Source: a virus (lineage: Duplodnaviria; Heunggongvirae; Uroviricota; Caudoviricetes). Taken from it: a stretch of DNA of 50,588 nt. The stretch is from IMG/VR virus record IMGVR_UViG_2537561945_000005, positions 1 to 50,588 of that record; one strand, written 5' to 3'. A program made the translations under genes and the position numbers. The notes beneath the pieces are model-generated. The model worked only from the letters and a program-made list of their open reading frames with translations, was not told the origin of the DNA and made no database searches. How positions within the stretch are numbered: the stretch's first letter is position 1; every line of letters starts with the position of its first letter. Positions 41,267 to 50,588 of this stretch are shown piece by piece.

Positions 41267-41873
41267 GGGCAAATCCCCCTCTCTCCGCCACTTTATCAAT
41301 GACTTATCTCCCGACTTCCCGCCTTGCTTTTCCTAAACAGAACAATCGTAGAATATTCTTGAAGGGTTAGATCGTCACTGTTTTCTGTTCGATACTGTGA
41401 CATTCAGCACTTGATTCGCTATGGATCTGACAGGAAGGTTTCGAGCGAAAATCTGCAGTTATTCAGTCGTTTTCTTATCGGTCACCATTATTCTTTTAGA
41501 CATTGATCCTACAAAGCTGCCGCAAAGTTGGTGGTGGGAACTGAAGTTGCGTAGAGAAGGGGTCAATACCCGGAGGCAAACATGGGCTGGCAAAAGTGTA
41601 GCGGTATTAGGCGCAGCTATTTAGCCTAGTTATGTTTTATGAAAACTTGATATCATATAAGTGTCTTACTTATTGGCTGTAAATAAGGTTTTCTAAGGAA
41701 TTGTTTCTTTAGTATCATTTGTAACTGTAACGGAATTTATAATCCTTTGCTTTATTTTTACGGTATTTTTTATCACACCCTATTTTTTATGTGGTTTTTT
41801 ATACTGAAGTTTGGCAAAGTGAACTTTATATGCATATACTTCATCCTGGTTTCAGTTAAATTGGGTGGATGAT

Positions 41874-42617
41874 ATGGCAACTACATGTTCAGTTATATTG
41901 ATTTTGGAGTCCTTTGATGTTTATTTCGGAAAAGAGAGTGTGTTTCTGGATAGAGGTTTATCTGTACTTGTCGACTCTAGCTATAGAGATTTTTTCCTGA
42001 CATATCCTGAAAGAGTGATAGTGGCGGATTTTGGCGCTGAGTTTATTAGTCGCTATTTGAAAGCTAATAACTTAAGGGATATTTCTGATTGTAGGGAATA
42101 TCCATCTTATTTAAAAATAAACTTTGCTGACTTCAGTTTAATTAAAGGATTAATTAGTTGGGCTAATCACTGTGCTGAATATATAGAAATTTTTGATGAG
42201 TCTATTGCTTTTACATGTCTCTCTGCATTTTCTTCTGAAAAACAATTTGGAGTATTTCTGTTTGGATGTTTGAAAAGCACAGGGGCTAAAGTTAAAACGA
42301 TTATTCATACGGATTTATCTGCACCATGGCGTCTTAAGGATATATCATCAAGATTATATCTCAGCGAAAGTTTACTAAAGAGGAAATTGAAAGAAGAGGG
42401 GGTATCATTCAGTAAGATCATACTTGATGAGAGGATGCAAATGGCTGAATATTTACTCAGCACTCGTTGTTATCCTATTAGTAAAGTAGCTAAGGTCTGT
42501 GGTTATGCCAGTGTCTCATACTTTACTTATGTATTTAGACGTTATTTTGGTGTTTCTCCAAGTCAATACCCTCAGAGGAGTTCAGAAAGTAAAATTCTTA
42601 CTCACCAGGGAATCTGA
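41874..42617 (+). CDS. AraC-family transcriptional regulator (AppY/EnvY-like)
   Basis: 247 aa with C-terminal AraC-type HTH (ISKVAKVCGYASVSYFTYVFRRYFGVSPSQY); AT-rich gene; first ATG with GGTGG upstream, GTG alternative at 41865. Confidence 0.75.
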   Translation: MATTCSVILILESFDVYFGKESVFLDRGLSVLVDSSYRDFFLTYPERVIVADFGAEFISRYLKANNLRDISDCREYPSYLKINFADFSLIKGLISWANHCAEYIEIFDESIAFTCLSAFSSEKQFGVFLFGCLKSTGAKVKTIIHTDLSAPWRLKDISSRLYLSESLLKRKLKEEGVSFSKIILDERMQMAEYLLSTRCYPISKVAKVCGYASVSYFTYVFRRYFGVSPSQYPQRSSESKILTHQGI

Positions 42618-42658
42618 TCATTGTTCTTGCCCCCTTATTTCCAGACAGGGGGTGTATC

Positions 42659-42886
42659 TTAAGTTAACGTTACCCGCTGACGTCGATATTCTCGCGGAGA
42701 GCGATAACCCAACGCACTGTGCGGATGGTTTTCATTGTAATGTTCGATCGCCACTGCAAGATTATGCAATGCCGTTCTTACATTCGGTTTCGGCATGAAC
42801 GCGATGTAGTCTTCCTTCATCGTTTTCACGAACCTTTCTGCCATTCCATTACTCTGAGGACTGCTGATTACCCATGAGGAGTACAA
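42659..42886 (-). pseudogene. Transposase remnant (DDE/rve integrase-core C-terminal fragment)
   Basis: ~70-aa fragment ...[19 protein letters not shown]...[14 protein letters not shown] typical of an rve-type transposase C-terminus; no upstream catalytic region. Confidence 0.55.
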
Positions 42887-43106
42887 TTAAACGGGTTAAT
42901 CAGTTTCTCCATTTGAAAGAAAAAAGACTTCTGTACTGTTTGATATCACCGCTATTTTCTTATTTTCTGTGCAGGTCGTAGTGGGACAAAACTGAGACAC
43001 ATAAGGCCTCACAATGGCTTGCAAGGCTTTACATGTTTTGATGTGGTGGGACGTGTGAGCGCAGTGTTGATGGGGTAATACTTTGAATTAGAAGCGGATT
43101 CTTATG

Positions 43107-43155
43107 ATTCGTAATGCGAAGGTCGTAGGTTCGACTCCTATTATCGGCACCATTT
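43107..43155 (+). repeat. attR of the prophage / attL of the downstream island: partial thrW 3' copy
   Basis: Exact 49-bp copy of 1399-1447; no tRNA 5' half, so not a functional tRNA. Confidence 0.8.
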
Positions 43156-43315
43156 CAAACTCTTCCCAAGTCTACCGAAATCAACTAAAAGCTCGTATAC
43201 TGCGGTTTCTGGCCCGTATCTTATCTCCTGTTATCAACTAGACTCAACCGAAATCAAGTCGCAGTTGGGGGCATAAGTGGGGGCATTTTGTGTTCGGTCT
43301 AGGGAGATGCCCCCA

Positions 43316-44524
43316 ATGAAACTTAATGCGCGACAGGTAGACGCAGCTAAACCCAGAGAGAAAGCCTATAAGCTGGCAGATGGTGCTGGTTTGTATCTTG
43401 AGGTTGTTCCCTCTGGTTCCAGATACTGGCGGATGAAATATCGCTTCAATGGAAAAGAGAAGCGTATGGCCTTTGGTGTCTATCCGGCAGTGTCCCTTGC
43501 ACAAGCGAGGGCACTGCGTGACGACGCCAAGAAAAAGCTTGCCGAAGGTATCGATCCATCGCTTGCCAAGAAAGAAGAAAAGCTGGTTCGAGATGTGCAG
43601 CTAAATAATACGTTTCAGGCTGTGGCACTTGAATGGCATGGAACGAAGGTGAGCCGATGGTCAGAAGGTTATGCCTCGGACATTATCGAAGCCTTTAATA
43701 AAGATATTTTTCCCTATATTGGCCAACAACCGGTGAATGAAATCAAACCGCTGGTTCTGCTTAATGTGCTGCGTCGAATTGAAAGCCGTGGCGCGACAGA
43801 GAAGGCCAAGAAGGTTCGCCAGCGTTGCAGCGAAGTCTTTCGTTACGCCATCGTAACCGGTCGTGCGGAATACAATCCTGCAGCGGATCTTACCAGCGCG
43901 ATGTCAGGGCATGAATCGAAGCATTATCCCTTCCTTACTGTTGAGGAGTTACCAGACTTTTTTAAAGCTCTCGCAGGCTACACAGGAAGCCCGTTAGTTG
44001 TTCTTGCGGCACGTCTGCTGATCCTCACGGGAGTTCGCACTGGCGAACTCCGAGGTGCTTTCTGGAGTGAGTTTGATCTTGAAAAAGCGGTGTGGGAGAT
44101 ACCTGCCGAGCGTATGAAGATGAAACGGCCTCACCTTGTCCCCCTCTCTACCCAAGCGCTGGAAATCGTACAGCAACTCAAAGTGATGTCAGGGCAATAT
44201 CCACTGGTGTTCCCGGGACGTAATGATCCCCGCAAGACGATGAGTGAAGCGAGTATTAATCAGGTTTTTAAGCGGATTGGATATACGGGGAGGGTAACGG
44301 GGCATGGTTTCCGTCACACGATGAGTACGATTTTGCATGAGGAAGGTTTCAATACAGCGTGGATTGAAACCCAGCTGGCTCACGTTGATAAAAATGCGAT
44401 TCGTGGGACGTATAACCATGCGTTGTATTTGGAAGGACGTAGGGAGATGATGCAGTGGTATGCGGACTATATAAACGCTAATCATAATTCATGTATTTCT
44501 TTGCTGGTGAACGCTACAAAGTAG
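43316..44524 (+). CDS. int: Tyrosine integrase, P4 type
   Basis: 402 aa with N-terminus MKLNARQVDAAKPREKAYKLADGAGLYLEVVPSGSRYWRMKYRFNGKEKRMAFGVYP and C-terminal R..HxxR..Y catalytic region; adjacent to the tRNA-derived att copy. Confidence 0.85.
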   Translation: MKLNARQVDAAKPREKAYKLADGAGLYLEVVPSGSRYWRMKYRFNGKEKRMAFGVYPAVSLAQARALRDDAKKKLAEGIDPSLAKKEEKLVRDVQLNNTFQAVALEWHGTKVSRWSEGYASDIIEAFNKDIFPYIGQQPVNEIKPLVLLNVLRRIESRGATEKAKKVRQRCSEVFRYAIVTGRAEYNPAADLTSAMSGHESKHYPFLTVEELPDFFKALAGYTGSPLVVLAARLLILTGVRTGELRGAFWSEFDLEKAVWEIPAERMKMKRPHLVPLSTQALEIVQQLKVMSGQYPLVFPGRNDPRKTMSEASINQVFKRIGYTGRVTGHGFRHTMSTILHEEGFNTAWIETQLAHVDKNAIRGTYNHALYLEGRREMMQWYADYINANHNSCISLLVNATK

Positions 44525-44765
44525 ATTTGACGTGATGATAGGATTGATTAGGAAAATGACCTAAAACCGTATATTTTGATACTTAAGTTTAAACATTAGC
44601 CCTATATCCGATCGCCCTTTGTTACCTACACTTCTATCTTTTTTAGGTTCTAGGGCTGAAAGATTTGAAGATAAGTTTATAAATATCAATAGATTACATG
44701 ATTGTGTTGGTTCTTGGGTAGCCGTAACGCCTAGGGCGGTAGCGTACTTAAGATGAGTATAAAAA

Positions 44766-45974
44766 ATGAACAGTAACTATATGCCATTCACACAACGAGA
44801 TAGTCTCGGAAGATACTATACAAAAGAATCCATAAGTGCATTATTGGTTTCTCAGATGAAAGCTGAAAAAGTCAATAATATTATTGATTTAGCTTCTGGT
44901 GAGGGGAGCTTAACCTATGCTGCTTTAGACCGATGGAAGAATGCAGAAGCATATTCTTTGGATATAGAATCTCGGATGTCAAAAAAAGTATGTGATAATC
45001 TTACTCATATTGTAACAGATGCCCTTGTTCATTCATTTCCTGAAATGCTTGCCCGACATCAAGGAAATTTTGATGTTGCAGTATGTAATCCTCCATTCAC
45101 TCTCCCTGAATGGAGGGATGATTATTTTAAAATCATTAGTGAGATTGGCGCAGATAAATATATATCTGTCTCAAAATATGTCCCAGCAGAGATAATATTT
45201 ATATCTCAAGTCATCAGGTTTCTTAAAAAGGGCGGTGAGGCTGGAATAATTTTACCTGATGGTATATTTACAGCAAGAAAGTTTATAGGTTTAAGACGAT
45301 ATTTATTGAATGAACATTCAATTACAAAAGTCATTGAATTGCCTAGGAATATCTTCAAAAGGACAGAGGCTAAAACACATATTTTAATTTTTAATAAAAA
45401 AATTATGCCTCATCATAAAATACAATTACATTGTATAACTAAAGATGGGGAATTGTCGCCTCCTGTTTTAATTAGAAAAGAAGATGCGGTTGAGAGAATG
45501 GACTACTCTTATCATTATAATAAAAATGAAGGTAAAGGGTTTAGCACAATAGGGATGCTTAAAAACATTTCAATTTTTAGAGGTAGGTTTAATTCAAAGG
45601 AAATTACGGAACATGTTTTTCATACGACAAAATTTAGTGGTGATGAAAAGTACATTAAATTCCACTGCAACTCTGTAGAAGAATTGAAGCCATCAAAATT
45701 AGATGTCATTGCTAAGCCTGGTGATATATTAATAGCAAGAGTTGGGCGAAATTTTCATAAAAAAATATTGTTTGTTGAGAGCGGCTATTCTTATATCAGT
45801 GACTGTATTTTTCTGATACGAGCCTCTGGTGGAGATAAGAAAAAACTATTTGATTTTCTTTGTTCTCAAGATGGGCAAGAGGAATTATCTCGAGCGAGTA
45901 GTGGTGTAGCCGCACAACATATTACAATGGATGCATTAAAAAAAATACATCTTGTAAGGATTAAACATGACTGA
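44766..45974 (+). CDS. N6-adenine DNA methyltransferase, gamma class (M.TaqI-like layout: catalytic domain plus C-terminal putative TRD)
   Basis: Motif X GRYYTKESI, motif I IIDLASGEGSL and motif IV NPPF in N-to-C order within the first ~115 aa; ~200-aa C-terminal domain; AT-rich. Confidence 0.75.
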   Translation: MNSNYMPFTQRDSLGRYYTKESISALLVSQMKAEKVNNIIDLASGEGSLTYAALDRWKNAEAYSLDIESRMSKKVCDNLTHIVTDALVHSFPEMLARHQGNFDVAVCNPPFTLPEWRDDYFKIISEIGADKYISVSKYVPAEIIFISQVIRFLKKGGEAGIILPDGIFTARKFIGLRRYLLNEHSITKVIELPRNIFKRTEAKTHILIFNKKIMPHHKIQLHCITKDGELSPPVLIRKEDAVERMDYSYHYNKNEGKGFSTIGMLKNISIFRGRFNSKEITEHVFHTTKFSGDEKYIKFHCNSVEELKPSKLDVIAKPGDILIARVGRNFHKKILFVESGYSYISDCIFLIRASGGDKKKLFDFLCSQDGQEELSRASSGVAAQHITMDALKKIHLVRIKHD

Positions 45975-47673
45975 TGTGGAATTAGATAGTAATTTTCTTA
46001 TCGAGGAACGAGCTGATTATATTGATGAGGATACGATAAAAAATAATACTATCAGATCTGGAGAGTTTTTCGATATTATACATAATGCTCTTATATCCCC
46101 AGGCATCAAACTTATAGTTGGTCCTAGGGGATGTGGTAAAACACATTTGATGCGTTATGCTTGGGTTGAATGTAAAAACGATGATAACGCACCATTACCA
46201 CTCTATGTTTCTTTTAATAAATATTTTAAGTTAGAGCCGCTTTTAAAAAATAAACCAAATGCAATTGATCTCTTTCATAAATGGGTATTAGCAAAGATAC
46301 TACTCTCTGCTTATGAAATTGCTTGCGATATTGAAGATTCTGAATATCTTGATTTGTCAACGATACTCATAGCGGATAAAGAGTTCCTAATTAATTTAAT
46401 CGTAAGGCTTGAGCAGGGTCTTTCGCCATCATTAGAACAAGAAAACATTGTTCAATTGATCAGTGTTTCTTCTGTCATATCCTCGTTGAGTTCACTATGT
46501 GATTGGCTTGAACGTAAAAGAGTCATTATTTTATTAGACGATGCAGCAATAAGCTTAACTCCTGAATATCTTTACGAGTTTTTTGATATTGTACGTAGTC
46601 TAAAAACCTCAAAAATAGCTTTAAAGGCATCGGTTTATCCTGGAACAACCGAATATGGCCCAAGGTTTCATGTTGCTCATGATGCTGAAACAATTGATGC
46701 TTGGATTTCGGTACAGCACCCTAATTATTCCTCAGTGATGGATGCTATAGCGCAGGCAAGGTTTCCTGGGTATGATGGCATTCCGGATGACTTGAAAGAG
46801 TTATTTAAATTCTCAGCATTTGGTATTCCACGTTCTTTTTTGATGATGTTAAGAGATTATCAAACAACTTTAAGTCAGACAACTCAGCAAAAATTTAATA
46901 AAATAATTGAAAGGTATGTTGAGCTTAGACTCAGCGAATACAGTTCACTAAAAGATAAGCTACCTCGATTGTTTGACATTGTTTCATTAGGTGAATCACT
47001 TTTATTAAAAGTAGTCGAATTACTCAAGGAAAGTAACTCCCAATATAAAGAAGAGAAACAAGTCATAATCGGTATAGAGAAAAATGATAATGTTTATTTT
47101 TCTCGACTCACTAAGCTATTAATTGAAACAGGGCTTTTTTATAATCTTCCTGATATTTCTCATGGTGATGGGCGTACTTATGAAAGATATATACCTCATT
47201 ATGCTTTATTAATAAAGGAAAGAGTGTTTAACGAAGGAAGTAGAGGTTTTTCTCCTTCTCAGATTATTCAAAAAATACTAAGAAAGAATGCTAAGCATCC
47301 TGTCAGAAGAAACATTTCATCATTATTCAATGCTGAGCAACTTGCGAGACTTAAACTAACTTTACCTCCATGCAATAACTGCAAGACTCCGCGATTGACT
47401 GACAATCAAAAATTTTGCCATCATTGTGGGAATCAATTGATTGATGAGTCGGCCTATAATCAGTGCATGTCTATTCCACTGTCAAAAGTACCACATCTAA
47501 CATCTTGGCAAATGCAAAAACTATCTGGGCTGGAAAAAGTAAAAACTATAGGAGATGTATTGTCTTTACAAGACCCTGGGAGTGAGTTAAGAAAAATTCA
47601 CAGAATAGGACCCAAAATTGCCAATAAAATTATGGACAAAGTGTTATTACATGTTGAAGAGTTTTTGTCTTAA
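45967..47673 (+). CDS. P-loop NTPase with C-terminal zinc ribbon and helix-hairpin-helix
   Basis: Walker A GPRGCGKTHLMR, Walker B VIILLDDAA, C-terminal CNNCK...CHHCG and HhH-like IHRIGPKIANKI; 8-nt overlap with the methyltransferase gene. Confidence 0.7.
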   Translation: MTDVELDSNFLIEERADYIDEDTIKNNTIRSGEFFDIIHNALISPGIKLIVGPRGCGKTHLMRYAWVECKNDDNAPLPLYVSFNKYFKLEPLLKNKPNAIDLFHKWVLAKILLSAYEIACDIEDSEYLDLSTILIADKEFLINLIVRLEQGLSPSLEQENIVQLISVSSVISSLSSLCDWLERKRVIILLDDAAISLTPEYLYEFFDIVRSLKTSKIALKASVYPGTTEYGPRFHVAHDAETIDAWISVQHPNYSSVMDAIAQARFPGYDGIPDDLKELFKFSAFGIPRSFLMMLRDYQTTLSQTTQQKFNKIIERYVELRLSEYSSLKDKLPRLFDIVSLGESLLLKVVELLKESNSQYKEEKQVIIGIEKNDNVYFSRLTKLLIETGLFYNLPDISHGDGRTYERYIPHYALLIKERVFNEGSRGFSPSQIIQKILRKNAKHPVRRNISSLFNAEQLARLKLTLPPCNNCKTPRLTDNQKFCHHCGNQLIDESAYNQCMSIPLSKVPHLTSWQMQKLSGLEKVKTIGDVLSLQDPGSELRKIHRIGPKIANKIMDKVLLHVEEFLS

Positions 47674-47743
47674 TTTTGATGGCATGTACTTGTCAATCGT
47701 GTCTTTCTTATCTGAAAAGTTTAATTTAAAAAGAGTCGGGAAA

Positions 47744-48739
47744 ATGGAACTAGAATCAAAAGAGGATTATGAAGAGACCACTCATCATAATGTGGCGTCC
47801 TCAGTTGTCACTGCAACCCATGATAACTTAGATGGAAGAGAGTTTTTTGAACTATGTAGTAATCCAGCTCTAGTTTTTTCGTTTGAGACACACAAAAAAT
47901 TTAATGAGTTACCTGTTGATAGCAAGGAATCCCCGTTAGATCTTTTTATAGCTAATACAAAGCAACTTCACTTGTTAAGATCTGGTGATATTTCAAACAC
48001 ATTAAGCCATCTGTTGTTATTAGGTTATGTGTCTGCAGCCGAAAGTTATTTGCGAGCTCTTATCAGAAATCTAATTAATCATGATGAATATATACAGTCT
48101 ATAGTTTCTGATAAGGCCGTTAGTTATGCAGCGGCACAACACCATAAAAAGGAGTTATTACCAGAAGCTTTACTTGAGGACTTTTCATTGGCAAGCCCTT
48201 ATAATGTTTTTGAAACATTAAAGGACATTATTGGAATGAAAGGACAACGACCAATCGAAATGATGAAATGCTCAAGCGAATTCATGAAAGTTTGCGAGTT
48301 AAGGCATTGTTGTGTTCATCGATTTGGTAAGTTGGGTTCGAAAAATGCAATCCGACTAGGATTGGCTGAACATATGAAGCACTTAGAAAAACCGATAATA
48401 CTCAATAATGATGATCTCGAGCAAATCGCATTTATTGTTGAGAATTTTATTAGAACTTTGAATAATACCGTTTTCAAATTTATAATTAATCGTACAGTTG
48501 AGAACAAAAATAAGGAAAAAGGAGGGGAAAGACTATATGATTCTGAATGGACATGGGTGTTTGAAAAAGATATAAGTCGATACGAAAAGTATTATTCAAT
48601 ATTTAGTGCCAAAAACGATACCCTTCCCGGATTATCATTACAGGATTCATATCAACTTTTTGTTAATGCATATAAGCCTAAACTTCCTGCAAGAAAAAAT
48701 AAAAAAAAACTGAAGAAAATTAACGCCACTACTATCTGA
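47744..48739 (+). CDS. Hypothetical protein, third operon gene (possible HEPN-like R-x4-H motif)
   Basis: ~331-aa ORF after the ATPase; contains ELRHCCVHRFGK fitting R-x4-H in a predicted helical context; upstream in-frame starts at 47618 and 47684 are possible. Confidence 0.55.
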   Translation: MELESKEDYEETTHHNVASSVVTATHDNLDGREFFELCSNPALVFSFETHKKFNELPVDSKESPLDLFIANTKQLHLLRSGDISNTLSHLLLLGYVSAAESYLRALIRNLINHDEYIQSIVSDKAVSYAAAQHHKKELLPEALLEDFSLASPYNVFETLKDIIGMKGQRPIEMMKCSSEFMKVCELRHCCVHRFGKLGSKNAIRLGLAEHMKHLEKPIILNNDDLEQIAFIVENFIRTLNNTVFKFIINRTVENKNKEKGGERLYDSEWTWVFEKDISRYEKYYSIFSAKNDTLPGLSLQDSYQLFVNAYKPKLPARKNKKKLKKINATTI

Positions 48740-48925
48740 AAATATTAGTAATTTTTACTTGAAATGGCAGGGCGTTATTTTTTTTTTGATTGAATATGGG
48801 TAATGTTAAATATCTAATCATTTGAAACTTCTAGCTATATTAATAAATGTAATGTGTGAATGATGATGGTGCTTGCTTTAACTATAGATTGTTATTCCAT
48901 ATAGAAATTAGGTAATGACTCCAAC

Positions 48926-49429
48926 TTATTGATAGTGTTTTATGTTCAGATAATGCCCGATGACCTTGTCATGCAGCTCCACCGATTTTGAGAACGACAG
49001 TGACTTCCGTCCCAGCCTTGCCAGATGTTGTCTCAGATTCAGATTATGTCGCTCAATGCGCTGAGTGTAACGCTTGCTGATAACGTGCAGCTTTCCCTTC
49101 AGGCGTGATTCATACAGCGGCCAGCCATCCGTCATCCATACCACGACCTCAAAGGCCGACAGCAGGCTCAGAAGACGCTCCAGTGTGGCCAGAGTGCGTT
49201 CACCGAAGACGTGCGCCACAACCGTCCTCCGTATCCTGTCATACGCGTAAAACAGCCAGCGCTGACGTGATTTAGCACCGACGTAGCCCCACTGTTCGTC
49301 CATTTCAGCGCAGACAATCACATCACTGCCCGGTTGTATGCGCGAGGTTACCGACTGCGGCCTGAGTTTTTTAAGTGACGTAAAACCGTGTTGAGGCCAA
49401 CGCCCATAATGCGTGCACTGGCGCGACAT
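48926..49429 (-). CDS. insB: IS1 transposase InsB
   Basis: 167 aa matching IS1 InsB. Confidence 0.88.
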   Translation of the reverse strand: MSRQCTHYGRWPQHGFTSLKKLRPQSVTSRIQPGSDVIVCAEMDEQWGYVGAKSRQRWLFYAYDRIRRTVVAHVFGERTLATLERLLSLLSAFEVVVWMTDGWPLYESRLKGKLHVISKRYTQRIERHNLNLRQHLARLGRKSLSFSKSVELHDKVIGHYLNIKHYQ

Positions 49430-49623
49430 CCGACGCCATTCATGGCCATATCAATGATTTTCTGGTGCGTACCGGGCTGAGAGGCGGTGTAAGTGAACTG
49501 TAGTTGCCATGTTTTACGGCAATGAGAGCAGAGATAGCGCTGATGTCCGGCAGTGCTTTTGCCGTTACGCACCACGCCTTCAGTAGCGGAGCAGGAAGGA
49601 CATCTGATGGAAATGGAAGCCAC
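49348..49623 (-). CDS. insA: IS1 InsA
   Basis: 91 aa [43 protein letters not shown]... matching IS1 InsA. Confidence 0.88.
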   Translation of the reverse strand: MASISIRCPSCSATEGVVRNGKSTAGHQRYLCSHCRKTWQLQFTYTASQPGTHQKIIDMAMNGVGCRASARIMGVGLNTVLRHLKNSGRSR

Positions 49624-50033
49624 GCAAGCACCTTAAAATCACCATCATACACTAAATCAGTAAGTTGGCAGCATTACCAGCAGATGTAAAGAATACCGCT
49701 TTGTTAATCTGACTTGTAGACTTCTTTGGGATTGTATCACTTTCACTCATAATCATTTATTCCATTAATTAAATTCGCACTGGATAGAAGGTACTACCTC
49801 TCACAGAGTAGCAAAGTTCAACTGGCTATGCGGCGTTAATCGGAATGCATGGTGGAATGTGAATCGCCACCGGTTTTTTAGGGGGTTGTAGAGTGGCATC
49901 GGAAAGAGGTTTTTAGGGGGGGAGGTTGATAATACCGCGCCCCCATAATCTTGCCATCTCTTACATTGAGATGTTAAAAGCTACAAATGCTCTCCCTATT
50001 TTTCAATGTAGACATTTATAGCAATATAAAAAT

Positions 50034-50588
50034 TTATTGTTCAGCTTTTTCAACAACAAAACCATTTTGCCAAACAAACACAATCAAGAGTTCAATATTA
50101 ACAATACCCCATTGATTAGAAATGGCGACAATTTCACCAGAAGGAAGTGTAATCAATGCATCTTCGTTGATATGATAGCGACTCTTTTGCTTCTCTGGTA
50201 TCTGATCGATAAGTATAACCGTACGTTTTTTAAAGTCTTCACTTAATCCATTTATTAAATCATTATAACTTGCAGGGTTAAATTGTTTTATACAATCGCG
50301 TAATAACTCAAGCGCTAACTTACGTTTATTAAGTTTTTTATCTTTGCATATATACCACGTATAGCCCTTCTCTTTTTTCTGACTGCTAATTAGCTGCTCA
50401 TCACGTTTTTCACGAAACTTAACTTGATATTCTTCCAATTCAGGAACCGGTATGATTTGCTCTGCATTGATCAGAACATCATCATTAAATCTATAAGGCG
50501 TCAGACGAACACATCGAATGTCTACCCCTTTATCTCTTAACCAAATCGCAGTGGTAGTCAGTTCCTTGCTAAAATCCGATGAAGCCAA
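50034..50588 (-). CDS. Hypothetical protein, N-terminally truncated by the window edge
   Basis: 184 codons open to the window end; AT-rich; no family recognised. Confidence 0.4.
   Translation of the reverse strand: MASSDFSKELTTTAIWLRDKGVDIRCVRLTPYRFNDDVLINAEQIIPVPELEEYQVKFREKRDEQLISSQKKEKGYTWYICKDKKLNKRKLALELLRDCIKQFNPASYNDLINGLSEDFKKRTVILIDQIPEKQKSRYHINEDALITLPSGEIVAISNQWGIVNIELLIVFVWQNGFVVEKAEQ

Larger units (their letters stand above)
48911..49678 (-). mobile_element. IS1, complete 768 bp, without target-site duplication
   Basis: Ends GGTAATGACTCCAACTTATTGATAG and the reverse complement of GGTAATGCTGCCAACTTACTGAT; flanking 9-mers TAGAAATTA and AGCAGATGT differ. Confidence 0.9.

Noticed and set aside
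41421-41624. 67-aa ORF between IS186 and the AraC regulator
   Set aside because: AT-rich leader region with no ribosome-binding site or conserved features; more likely promoter/leader DNA.
43107-43155. Possible second tRNA gene
   Set aside because: Only the 3' 49 nt of thrW is present, with no D-arm or acceptor 5' strand; it is an att-site remnant.
44525-44765. Inverted repeats upstream of the methyltransferase gene (AGCCCTA...TAGGGCT, CGCCTAGGGCG) as a possible structured RNA
   Set aside because: Short and imperfect; equally consistent with ordinary promoter or operator sequence. Not enough evidence to call an RNA element.

Overview
This window is the proA–thrW junction of an enterobacterial chromosome carrying two tandem integrated elements. 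(1) Positions ~1445–43155 are a complete-looking ~41.7 kb mosaic prophage bounded by a 49-bp direct repeat of the thrW 3' end (1399–1447 and 43107–43155). It combines a P22-type integrase/Xis and N, a lambda-type early-left operon (exo/bet/gam/kil/cIII/ea10/ral/sieB), a distinct cI/cro immunity region, lambda O/P/ren/nin replication genes, a DLP12/phage-21-like Q–porin–lysis cassette, an HK97-type cos packaging and head module, and a Mu-type contractile tail. Cargo includes a membrane protein in the rex position, an AT-rich moron inside the tail operon, and at the att-proximal end a GIY-YIG-domain gene, IS186, an AraC-family regulator and a transposase remnant. (2) From 43107 a second island begins with a P4-type integrase followed by a visibly AT-rich three-gene operon (gamma-class N6-adenine methyltransferase, P-loop ATPase with zinc ribbon and HhH, protein with a possible HEPN-like R-x4-H motif). 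This operon is the best candidate for an undescribed defence system; it is followed by IS1 without a target-site duplication and a truncated AT-rich ORF at the window edge. All identifications are from reading the sequence and recalling reference proteins; no database search or composition calculation was run.
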